From Choristocarpus tenellus KU-1152 (taxonomy: Eukaryota > Protista > Phaeophyceae): DNA of 43,480 nt. The stretch covers positions 1 through 43,480 of the forward strand of contig CAXNAD020000028.1 in assembly GCA_964200185.2 (NCBI GenBank), read 5' to 3'. This document shows positions 12,652-24,937 of the stretch, in pieces. The notes under the pieces were generated by a model, which saw only the letters and a program-made list of their open reading frames with translations, ran no database searches and was not told where the DNA came from. Both the position numbers and the translations under genes were made by a program. The stretch's first letter is position 1; each line of letters begins with the position of its first letter.

Positions 12652-15600
12652 GGAATGACTCCAACACATACCACAAATAATACTTGTAGTAGTTAGAATA
12701 CCTAGTCCTGAACTAGCTGAATACGACAAAGCTGTCAAAAAGCTCCTTTGAAGGCCTAGCTACAACTGTTTTAACATTTAGAAGGGTTTTTTCAACGTTG
12801 TTTAAGGACATGAAAACAAACGAAAAAGAGCATCGATGAGGATAACTTGCTTTTGGAAAATCATCATTTTCAAAATATACCCAAAATGCACTCCACAGGT
12901 GTTTACTGGGATCTCAAAAAAAATGTTGCCACCAGAAAAGTCTAAGGGACCCTAAAACTCAGCGACACCCTTCAAGACTGACTCACGTACACCATTGCTT
13001 ACAACTACAGTATTAACCAAAATTCATCTTGAAACCTTGAGGAGGACCTCGTAGGCTTGGCTACTATTCAATACTCCATCTATATATTGCTTTTAGAGTG
13101 ACTGCTATTAATCCATGATAGATTACCAACCCCATACTGTTATTATTGGTATTATTATCGCTGTCTATGTTCACACGGACATTCCATCCATAGGTCTTCG
13201 CAGATCGTAGAGAGTACTTGTCTAGAATATCTCCAGATGGCATCAGATTGACTCCACCATTCTAAGACAGCGCACTCTGCATTGTACTGAGGATAACAGC
13301 ATCTGTGTAGTCAATCCTCATCCCCACACACTATCCCTACCCAGGATGGCCATTGAGCATAGTGTTATTAACCTGACTGGGGCAAACAAGGCATCGTAAG
13401 TGAGTTGCTACCGAACTAGCATAAGAAGTGTAAATGACCGAGACCACCTTACATTTTCTACTTTGTTCTCCCAACTATGTTTACTCCAACTTACATACTT
13501 CAAAAAGGTACATTCTATCCAGTCCAGTTTAAGTTCCACTTTTTCCCACCTCGACTACTTTTTGCAAGCAAAATAAATGAATGACAAGACAGGAAAGCTG
13601 CATATTAAGCAACTGTGATCTATTCCCTTTTCCCCCAAGGAAATCCTCAACCTTTCTCCCCCACTCGAGTGCAACCTTCATGCCCTTGTTTGCTTCAACA
13701 CTCACAAATGCAGCAGTAGTAACCTTTTGGGTAAACCACAATTCAGGATGGGTGACCGTGATGGATAGAAGAAAATATAGGCACAAGAAACAAGATGAGG
13801 TTCAGCATGAAATGTAGTAGTGTAATATAGTGATAGCAGTAAGCATTCAAGTAGTTGTACCAACAACTTGTAGTAGGGCAGTAGCTGTGTAGGTGCAGTT
13901 GTCGTTGTATGGAGGCTGGTGCTGTGCTTCTTACCACTTGTTGATGCTGTGTAGGGTCTGATGATTGATGATGATAATTATGCTGAAATAGTAGTGGAAA
14001 AGGTTGGGTTTCGGATTAGGCTAAACTGTGGTGGTGATTGTAAGAGTTGTTAGTTAAATTAGTGGAGAGTATTTTTTCCTTAACTCCCAAGGACGCCAAC
14101 AACAAGAACAAAAAGCATGTTGTACAAATACAACAGGAACAATGGCCTAGCACACTACACCTGCAACAACGCAGTGAAATACAGTATTTTAGATAGGTTT
14201 TCGGTTTAGTTGGCGGTACAGTCCAGGGAATAAAACCATAGCGCTATACCGCCCTTTCGACCTCCTAGTTGCTACTTACCAGAATTCCAATATTTCTGGT
14301 GTTGCGAACTGAAACCCTAATTAATGTGCGTTCAAAGTACACACCTAACTCTTGTTCTGATAGTCCCTATCACATCACCAATCTCTTAGTTTCAATCTAC
14401 CTCACCCCCTCACTTCATACACATTTTTCGAGGGAGGTCAACCCACCTGTCAGTTTGTTATCGTGCATGCCTTATATACTTTTGGAGGATTAGTCCTTTA
14501 TAGGAGGTTTGGTTTGTTATTTTCTTTTCTTTATTCACTCAGTGCTTGTACTGGATATGCATGCACCCTCTCCCACTTCTATTTACAACGTATTCATTTC
14601 TACTTTTGTTTTGAATATATAATAAAAAATTACAACTGATCTTATCAAGGAATTTAGTTTTACTGTAAATCGGCTAGAAAAAAAATCGATCGATCTGATT
14701 GAACTATCGGCGCAAGAGGTGACGCACGCGAATCACGCATATCACCATGTAGTGGTGCATTGTCCCTGTCACATTTGGAGGAGTCTTAATTTAAATGTAA
14801 GCTCAGTAAAGCAATCAATGTGTCATCTTTTTCATAACGGAAGATGTAAACATACATCTACATCTACCTCGTCTGTGCAGTCGCTGCCTCTCTCTGTGTT
14901 GGCAGGGTGTGTCAGTGTGTTGGAGAGTTTCTGGACTACAGTAGTGGTAGTAATAGGGACTGGAAACTTTATGTAGCAAGGCGGATGTGCCATCAACAAC
15001 TAACTAGCTGTACTAAAAATAAATTATGTATCAAATGCTTTGGACAGGAGGATGGGCAATCAAGGTAGGAGAGCAAACCAAGGCGGCAGAGGATTACAGG
15101 TAGTATACCTGATGACCTCCTTCAACGACAAGCAAAAAAATTAGGGAACCATCTAGAGCTGTAGCCGATACTATGTGTACACTATTACTCCAAAGTAAAA
15201 AACTACAATAAATAATAGTTCCTACTTTTTGTCGCTTGCCTTCTCTCTTTTCCTTGGTAATAACTTCAGTAAAAAAAAGACAGGTTTCCCCCACCTACAC
15301 ATTATTAGGTGAAGAAACGATTCATGTGTCAAGTGTCTGACTTCTGGGGTGTCATTCGCCACTAATTTGATCAACCTCCATATATTACAACTAATTTAGA
15401 AGATCGTCAAATTCATCAACGAACCTGTATCAGCAACATAAATAAGGATGATGAACGCAACCACCTGCTATTCGACAATGCAACACATCTTCACTAAATC
15501 AAACTAACCACAACTTCAACCTCTGCAAGTCCACGCGACTCTGAAACCTATCATTTTATTTAATCATTTCGCTATAAATACAGCTATCACATACATGAAG

Positions 15601-16274
15601 GTACACATTAGTCAGTGTAGAACTCACCATCATCAACATCTGATTCAAAACGACAACACCAATCCTTCAACGTCAACCTTCCTCACACCCTAACCATTTC
15701 TATGCCATAACCTCTGACTTGGTGTTGGTATCTGGTCTTGTGATGAAAACTCCTGTGCATAGCATCAACTATACCTAAAAAATCTTTGAGCTAACGCTTT
15801 TGAGGTCAAACTGGAGATTCCCCCCAACCAAATACTGCGGGGATGGGTGGATCGGCATTACGTTAGAAGGTTTGTCGTCGATACACTACTGCTGACAGCA
15901 CCAAACTAATCAAACCTCCATACCCTCATCGGTTTCTTTCACAGTCATACCATTCTGCCGATACTGATAATTTTATTCTATGGCCGAGGACATAATTGGT
16001 TGCACTTGCGCCACTTCTGGACAAGTTTGGATACTGCTGGTGTGCACCTCTCACAAGCGATTCTGAGCCTTGTAAGTCCTGCAAATCTGCCTCACCCCTT
16101 TCTGCCTGATGAGAATTGGGGTATAACCTATCCAGGCAACTCACAACGACATTCAACCCTTTCTGTGCACAATTTTGTCCCATCCTGTCCTCTTCCCCCA
16201 GCCCTCTGATTTGCCTGGCGCAATGATTCTCGCTGTCACCACTCACAATCATCCTGTCCTTGGAGTAACTAACT

Positions 16275-16502
16275 GAGAGGTAGGCAGGGTTGAATTGAAA
16301 GGACCCCGAGAGGGCAAAAATATGTCATTTTGTACAATTGCAGAAAGATTTTTTGCTGAATTTTGGTGTCGCTTTGTGTCTGGAAAGGAGGAGTATCAAT
16401 TTTTGTACCCTAATGTGCACATGAAGCAATGATATCGAGTATATCTCATTGCTTGAGAGCGATGGCTTGGGATACAGAAGGGTCTAAACCTGCTTACCTC
16501 TC
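16275..16502. mobile_element. MITE-like element, family B (228 bp)
   Basis: 14-bp inverted termini with one mismatch: GAGAGGTAGGCAGG (16275-16288) / CCTGCTTACCTCTC (16489-16502); non-coding interior with an AAGCAATGA...TCATTGCTT hairpin; no clear target-site duplication. Confidence 0.55.
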
Positions 16503-17467
16503 AATTGGTTTGGCTGTTTTGCTCCGGCCTATCTCCTTCCTTATATGTCGCATTGAATATCCTTACTTACTCTAACCGAATTGATTCTGTTCCACTGCTG
16601 CCCTTCTATGTTTTGTCAATTCCTACCCCTTCCTGCTTCCTTCCCCCTCTTACCTTTTTCCCTCTCCAATGACTTTTGAATGTCGTTGTCACTAGCAACT
16701 CCTGAGTTGCTGATGATGTGATTACTGATGCCAAAAAAACATAAGAATGACTAATTTGCTGCTCCTAATATCTAGAGAGGGATCTTGTCCGAAGGATGGT
16801 GGCCACACGGCTGGAGCAGTTAATAGTTCGGACTCTCTGCGGGCAACCCCAAAGGTGGTGGGTACGCCTTTTTTGCTTAACAGATCACCACCACAGTCAA
16901 ATGAAACATGCAGTCTTTAAGGTAGAGGGGTGTAAGGTGTGGCAAAGGCTAGTGTCGGCAGAAGAAGTACCAGTGTGTTGACTGTAGTGCCAAAATTCGC
17001 CCCACTAAGCAGAAGTGGGGGGACTTGTCACTTTGGTGGGTCGTCAGCAAAAAAACTCCAAGTAAGGGTCATCTATCACAATGCATTTCATTGAACAGGA
17101 GAGTGGCGTTCTGGTGAGAGCTAACCCTGCCCATCTTTAGACCAGCGAAGCGCAAATTTGTTGATATTGGTTGAATCTGTACCTCTCTAAAAGTGGTACG
17201 GGTAAACCGATTGTGTTGCGGTTCATAGTATTTGGCATTTCAATAGTTTAGTATAGTAAACTTTTTCCCTTTTCTACTTACTGGAAGTATGATGAGGAAA
17301 TAGGATGAAATGCGCGCTTGAGCGCGCAAACTGCGTGTTGCAACAAATCTCAAATACCCAATTGAACAAACCAGCACAGCCGTCGACTGCTGGCCTCCAA
17401 GCAAACTCAATCCTTCCCTGGAATCTCGCAAAGCTTCTATCCTTTCGGTTACAGGCAAGAGGTGCAG

Positions 17468-20400
17468 ATGAATTGGAATGGCGTCCTTGCACTGCTGCTG
17501 GTCTCGGGAGTGCCATGGGGTAATTTTTGTCTCGCTTTCGCACCAGCAAGTCAGGTCACACACCTCAAGTGGAAGTCAAGTCCGAGTGATGGTGCTTTGA
17601 GAGCCGATTCTTGGCGACGGATTGCCCCAAATCACCGCACGAGGGTCAAAGCTGCAAAACATGAGCTTCCTTTTGCGAAGTGAGTCATGCTTTAGAAACT
17701 TCAAGAAGAGATATATCACGATTGCCTCCATTTGTCTTGGTGCAACTCTGTAGTTAGTTGGGAGTGTTACCCTGTTGCACTGCTTTTGAATGTCTTCCTT
17801 TACTTTACCTCGAGGACCTGTTGTGAGTCTATATACAGGCTACTAGTGCAAGTAAATGCAAGGAAACTCAAGAAGCTTGTGCAATCTCCCCCCTAACAAC
17901 TATTACCAGGTCAGACAGGAGGATTCGCGAAAAGGTTTATAAGTTACTAGATAGTTATATCAGGGAGGTGGGGCAAGCAGGGAATTCAAAACACTACAGA
18001 CGTCTGCTCGGATTGGTTCCGCATATGAAGAAGGATTGGACGAAGGCGAAATCCCACGAAAAGGTAATTTTGACCTGGTTCGAGGTGTATGGAGTGTCAT
18101 GTTGAGCGCGAAAGGGATACTGGATACAAGAATATGGGTCACGTTCAGATCCAATCCTACAGATCATGACGTACAGTTGTAATATAAGGGCAAGATCTTT
18201 TTTGCGTCTCCCTTCACGCTAAGATTGAATGTAATTATCAGATGTACGCTCTTTAAGAACCTTAAGAATCACAAGTTGCAACTGATACCTTGTCAGCCTC
18301 AACCTGGCTGGTTTACCTTCCATGGGCTCTACCGACTACGTTTGGAACTCTCTCCCATTCTAAATATTGTGGCAGGACATGATGGCTGTTGAGCGGGGCA
18401 TGGCAGATTTGCAGTACGCCTGTGAAGAATTCATTGCTGGCCTGGAGGCTAAAACCTGGCAAGTTGAGGGGGGAAAAACATGATGAGCAAAGTTGTGAAC
18501 TCTGTAATAACTATTGATAGTTTTGTTGTGGTGCAATGCAATACATGCAGGATTCAGGATTCATATTTGTGGGGGTGGGGCATGTGAGTACCATCAGAAC
18601 ACAGTGGGATGGAATCCACATCCAATCACTTCAGTGGTTATTCTATGTATTGAAGTGGTACAACTATATATACCACTGGATGAAGGTGTGTATGAAATCG
18701 GTGTGCTAGGGTTATGTGTCAGACCAGGGAATGTGGCAATTTAGTGGGAGAGGCCCTTGTCGCTGGTTGTGATGTCTGTCCAACGTCATCAAGGTCATAG
18801 ACATCTCATTGGTTGAGTGGGGTGTGTATCACATGCCAACCCAAAGTACTTTGGTGAGTTGAAATACAAAGCAAGAGTATGTTAGCTGTGGAAAATCAAC
18901 CACTGAATAGGAAGCAAAGTGCTTGATGTCATCCAATCATGATACCCATGTCTGGTCCTCAGGTGGCATGCAAAGTCCTTCCCGTGGGCCAAACAGCTAG
19001 AAGAGGCCAGCCCCATCATCCAGGTGGGCCATCAATCACTGTTTTCTTTAATCTGGACCCAACCTTGCATTTCATGGCAGAAATATCACAATAATTTAAC
19101 CTGTATCAACACCCTGTAGACCCGAGGTAATCATGCCAACCACATGGTAATGCTGTAAGGTAATGCTATAAGGTAATGCTATAAGGTAATGCTATAAGGT
19201 AATGCTGTAAGGTAATGCCTTGTAGCGATTAGTGATTCATAGTAACCATACAGCAAAACTTGTTAAAGCTCCCAACAATACAGCTAAAGCTTGTTGCGTG
19301 GTATTTTAATTGGATACACCAAGTGCAGTGTGTAGAGGATAAGCTTGGTTCCTGTTCTTCGTATAATTGTTGTAAACTATGAAGGCTGCTGCAGTATCCC
19401 AATTTTATGATCTCTTCCACTTGTATAAATATAAATATAAATATAAATATTTGAGACCACAGACCGGTTCTGAATGTGGAGAGGAATTTCCTGGGGTGTG
19501 GAATGAGGCTCCTGTGGCGCATACTTCAAACAGAGCAAGGCAAAGTATAGGTTGCCCTGCTGCAAACTTTGGTTGTAATCACATGGAAGCCCCAACATTG
19601 TTGAGTGGTCCAGATAGTCGCAAGATACATTGTATATGGTTGCCCTAGTAGTGATCCTGGAGACCCAAGCTCCGTTCTCTCCCCTTCAGCTGACATGTTG
19701 TGTTCCTACTTGCTTCACTCCAACTATTCGGGTAGGAGGAGTTTCAGGCTTTCCGAGAACTGGAGGACTCTGAATTGTGTTTCACAGGTGCCCCTAAGAT
19801 GGGATGGCCCCACATGTGGCTCAAGAGCTCGAGACGCGTGGACCCTATAACTAGCACATTTCTCAAATACTTTCCAAAGACACTTCAGGTGAAAATACCT
19901 CTACCTCGTGGATGAAGAGATTAGAGTAGCACAAATAATGAAATCAAGCAGAGGGGGTGTTAGATGCTTGGTAGGTGTTGAATCCTACGTTTTTGATGCA
20001 GAGACAATCTTTTGAAAGTGCCAGAACTGAGTCAAGCTTGATACTCCTTGCCCTCATACAGCTTGAGGAAGACATTTCTACTTTCCTTTCCTTTCCTTTC
20101 CTTTCCTTTTTTTTATTTTATGCTTCGTAGAAGGCTCTAGAAGTTCTTTGTTGCTCATGTAGCAGGGAAAATTGATTTGGTTTATGGCATGCAATAGTTG
20201 GCACAATAGTTAGTGCATATCTTACATTTATTTTACTGCAAACATTACATTGCACTGTCGTGACTGGGCATGGAGCAGGTGTGTACTGACAGGACAGGAC
20301 ACACCTTTATGTTTGTAGCTTTGTCCTCTATTGTTAGAATTTGTCAGAAGCTTGGGGTTGGCTCCAATATTTCTACTCATCATGCCATTGTGAAATCATG

Positions 20401-22408
20401 CCTGCGGAAAAGGGCACAGCTTGTTTTTTTTTTTTTCATCCATCTGTGCAGGTAGGATATTTTCATCTGTCAACTATCATCTACTAGGCCACATATAAGG
20501 TCATAGACATTGATATTTGTGATATTCATGTCCAGATTTTTTGTAGGGACAGTGATGCAGGATGTTGAGCCTGTTAAATTCTTGGTTTTTGAAGGACCTT
20601 TTTGGGATAGACAGGGTCAGATTGAACATTGCGGTATACTTTAAGATGTTGTCAACACGATGGACATGCACATCTGTACCAAACATGACTTGCTAGATAG
20701 GATGGAAATATACACTTAGTTGGAGGGAGAAGGAAAATGAAGAGGAGTGCCTACAGGAACACATCAGCGCACTTGGGATTGATAGTGCTCGTTGTAGACG
20801 CCCATCGCACGCTCTGAACCCATCAATGCCAAATATCTCCCCACCAGACTTGAAATAAGGAATAGAATTTTTGTCCTTTCACACTGCTTGACCACTAGGT
20901 GATGGAAGACTTGAATATTATCCAAGATACACGATCTGTGATGATTGAGAGACAGCTTCCTGGAATAGGCCTCAAAATGTGCAGGTCTGCTTGGAAATCT
21001 CAGCACTCACCCTCCACCCCCTAAATATACCTCCTTTCTCCCGGAGCTGGAATATGCCTTCTTACTACTTTGTCATTGCTTACTTTATATTTTTTCTAAT
21101 GCAATGGTGGCCAGAGATTATCCTAGATGGCCTTGCCTTTAGTGTATTGCTCAGGTGCTTTTAGGGGCTAGTATTGTGCGAAAGAGGGGGGTGGTCATTG
21201 TTAGGGCGGGGGTTAACAATGGCAACCAACCACTACTCAAATACGTAAGCATACGTGTTCAACAGGAAAAGTTTGGAAGGTTGCTTTGCTAGTGATGAGC
21301 AAAGTGTGGCAGGAGAATGTAGTACCTCCTCCACCTTCGAACAGGCACCCCTATGAGCCATTCCTACATGTATACTTTTATGATGAGGCAGTCCAGGAGT
21401 CAGAGTACCATGAGTCAGTACAAGTGCAGTTTAGGTTGGCTGTTCCTCCCCAATACCTGCTGCCCCAGTCTGAGATATTTTTCTCTGGTAACCATCTCCG
21501 TTGTTTGTGATCCCTTTTATATATTTTACTTCTACAGTACTAATTCAAATATAAACCTCACCTGCCACCTGGGCTTGGATGTGCCGGGCGAGAATTGCTA
21601 TATAGGGGTGGGAGGAGAGCACGAAACATGGAAAAATAACAGGTAACAGTGCATGATCTCTTAGCTATCTTATTGCAAACTACAGACCAATACCAAGCGA
21701 GTGGGGTGTTGCTGGGTTGGTAGGTGGGTGGATGGGTGGGTGGGTAGGTGGTGTTACCCAGCTCTAGTATCGTAATTTGTTGACTCAGGTGGTAGAAGAG
21801 TGCTGTCTTGCATTGTGTACTCGGATCTGTGGTGAAATCCATGGAGCTGGTTGAGGATGTCTTCAGTCGACTGTGATCACACGCATGCCTTGCACATTCA
21901 TGCTGTTGCTGTGGATGCAAGATTTGAGAGATATTCTTAGTTGCTTTACTGTAGTGTCCAAGTTGGGATAGCCCACCTATTTTGTTGCTTGATGTCCACA
22001 GTTCGTTCCACAGTGTGTGTCTTTGCCGGGATGATGATCATATAGCAACCTTTTTTTTTAGTGGAATTGGTGTAACAGCCCTACCACTAGCAAGGTGTAT
22101 CATAGTCACTCTACTTTTTGTGTTTTGAGCCTGGAATGAGTTTTCTATTTATATCTTTTGCAGTTACCCCCCTCAACGCCCTTTTGTTAACCCCTTAACT
22201 TTGAAGGCTGATGTTCATGGATGGCAGCTTCTTGCACTATACTCGCAATGCCTCGGAAAAGGAGCGGATCATTCTGAGCTTTACTATATGGCACCCTGAC
22301 ATCACTCCACAAGAAAGAAATGTCCTGGAGTATTATGACTCCCTTGTTGCACATGCAAGTGTGGGTCTGCCATTGCCACCACACCCTACTGTTCTGGCAC
22401 AAAAATAG
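17468..22408 (+). CDS. Aspartyl/asparaginyl beta-hydroxylase family 2OG-Fe(II) dioxygenase with putative bipartite plastid-targeting leader (about 349 aa in the open model; exon 6 ambiguous)
   Basis: Exons 17468-17679, 17910-18063, 18376-18458 (GC donor), 18963-19023, 19736-19888, 21165 (or 21155)-21244, 21538-21642, 22207-22408 (TAG). Motifs GLEAKTWW..FPWAKQLE, FPKT, NLTCHLGLDVP, C.IGVGGE...W, DGSFLH...N....RIIL....WHPD match the Asp_Arg_Hydrox family. The N-terminus has a hydrophobic stretch followed by CLA-FAP. Confidence 0.85.
19146..19218. repeat. 13-bp tandem repeat (GGTAATGCTRTAA) x5.6, intronic
   Basis: Direct reading. Confidence 0.92.
20501..21006 (-). mobile_element. Possible hAT transposase C-terminal (dimerisation domain) relic, antisense in a hydroxylase intron
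   Basis: Minus-strand peptide LISSLVGRYLALMGSERAMG loosely resembles the hAT motif L..LARRYLA.PATS..SER.FS; interrupted by stops. Confidence 0.3.
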
Positions 22409-24937
22409 TTTCTTAAAGTGGTCCTTGGTTCAGGCAGTACAAGACTGGCATTTGGTGTTTATGGGTGTTGGTAGGCCACACATTGACCTCCGTGCTTAGG
22501 TTATCGGAACGGTTGATTGCTGTTGGGGTTTGCAGATGTAGATGTTGTGAATGACTGGGGTGTTGGCTGGGACATCTTTAGTTCTCTAACAAAATGAGAG
22601 GTTTCAATCCACACTGGTTGGTAATTGTTGTTTGTATGATATTTAAACAATAACACAAGGGTTTTATGATGGTGTAAACATGTTGGTGTTGTGCTGTTGA
22701 TAATCAAACTTTTAACTTCTTGAGTTTATGGCTCTCTAAATGCTGAATCTGCACCAAGATATGTACCCGTTTGTCTTGCTGTTGTTGGCCTGGCCTTGTT
22801 GAAGAAATCCCTAGCATCTATGTATAAATACATGCGTACTATACAAGTCATTTGGCCCTGCTGCAGCACAAGACAAAATTGCATGTGTTGTTGGTCCAAA
22901 CTACAAGTTTTTGAGATGATTAGTAGCATTGCCTCAGTATAGTAGACTTTGGAGGATAGACGGAGGCTTGGATGCCGATGGAGTGATTCGGATCCTATGG
23001 CAGTTATCACCCGTGTCCACCCCTGCCAACAGTCATCCATATTTCTTGATTCTTGATAGTGATACCCACAGGATACTGAACAACAAGAACAATTGAGTCC
23101 AAACTCCACTCGTCCCTCACACAGATACACATCATATCATTGAACTCTGAGTGAGGTAATTGCCCATTTTTTCTTAGATTGTGACTTTTCCATTTAATTT
23201 GGAAACAAGAAGCCCTGTCATATACAATGTCAAAGTCTAATGTGCTAAATGAAATCTGTTGGGGGGTAGATGGAGTTTCTTCCAGCCATCAAAAAAGAAG
23301 AGCTATAGTGCAATCGTTAAAGTTTTGAAATGCTGCAAATTATCATCTGCTGAACATGGTACCCTTCCATTTCTTCGAGAGATGCTATTGGCTCAAATTG
23401 GTGGCATTGGTGGATGGGGTGAATGAAAAGCAGATCGAGGTTGGATTAAGATTGAAGGGTTAAGTGTAGTATCAATGCCCACCGCCTCAATGATCTCTCC
23501 TTCATCAACAAGGACATATCAGCCTTTACTTTGATTGTACTGTTGAAAAACCCAGACAGAGGTCCCCTCTCTACAACAGATCACATGTTGGAAAGACTTC
23601 TCTCCTTCTGCATCTGTCGTAGTTGTTCTTGAAGAGATGAGCATTTTTCAGTTTAAAATGGTTGAGAAACCACCCCCTCAACGCAAACGTTTCTTCTTGG
23701 AAATGACAGATTTAGGGAAAAACAGCAAAATTTGGAAAAAATGGCTGGAAATGATGGTTAATTGCCCGTAACATTTCAATGAGACCTCCAATGAAGACGT
23801 GGTTACTTTGGATTCCTTGGCGTTTTTTGAATTAATTTGATTTCTCGTCACTCTCTCTGTCTCTGGAGTTTGGCATCCATTCTGCAATAAATTTCTTGTA
23901 ACATTACCTTAACCCATTTTAGATAATGGTATCAATTTATAATGTTTGTCTACCAGCTATTCAGGACATGATTTCCTGTTTTTAAGAAGATGGGATACAC
24001 GTGACACTCTTAATGTCCTATTATTCGTAACACAATTGATGTTAATATTCCACAAAGTGACCCACTTCCATATTGTTACTCTTTCATACTGTAGTTTTAA
24101 TATTCTAAAAAATAGAGGAATGGAAGTTATGTTTGGCAGACTAAGGGACAATGCAAAAAGGAAGATACACATCAGCTATACTCTCTCATAATGTCAGTTG
24201 TCCAGGAAGTATCCGGGGTCCATTAGCTATGTAAAGTCTGTTATTCTGAGAAATGCTTGGGGCCATTTGCTTTATATTGTCCATTGCTCGGCAAATAAAT
24301 GCTTGAACCTATATTTAGTCTGTACCACCTGTTGTTCAGGACATTGTGTTTGTCTTTTTGTGTTTCTCTTCCATTTCATGGAGTGTCTGCTTTTCTTTGT
24401 GTCACCTCTGACCACTGGAAAGATGTATTTTTTTAAAATAGAAAGGTGTGATCAGATTTTTGTATGAAGATTTTCTGGATATATTCAATGCGCTGATCAA
24501 AAATTGACCATATTTTATACCAATGTGTGTGATAATGCAATACATATATATCTACTTCGAGGCATACTCAACTATTCCGGAAGGAACTAATAGGTAGGCG
24601 TCTGGTCATAACACTTGTAAGCCTTGCTCAAATCGGATATAATATGTACTCCCTCTGTCCCATAGGACTGGGCCGTTAAGTTGTAGCTCTTCGGGATGAC
24701 CTCCTATTACAAATCCTCTCGATTTATAACATTAGAGTTTGTATATTATCCACCTAAGTTATGTATATTAATTCGCCAATAAGTTGGGTGAGTTGTGAGA
24801 ATTATTGGACCTATCGCGCGCAGAAATCGCGCAACACAACTATGCACATTGCATATCGTTAGGGAGAGGGATAGACAATGCAAATCTCCAAGATTGAGGG
24901 GTGAACTATCCTCCAAGTATAGCTGCTAGATTTAAAC

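Noticed and set aside
13000-16260. Short ORFs and protein-like fragments in the middle of the intergenic gap
   Set aside because: Could not be linked into a phase-consistent gene or assigned to any family.
17305-17523. 72-aa ORF as a gene or regulatory uORF of the hydroxylase
   Set aside because: Lies in the CpG-rich promoter region, out of frame, with no motif; the transcription start is unknown.
21643-22206. Possible U12-type intron (CCTTAAC close to the AAG acceptor)
   Set aside because: The 5' splice site is GTAACA, not the U12 consensus RTATCCTT.
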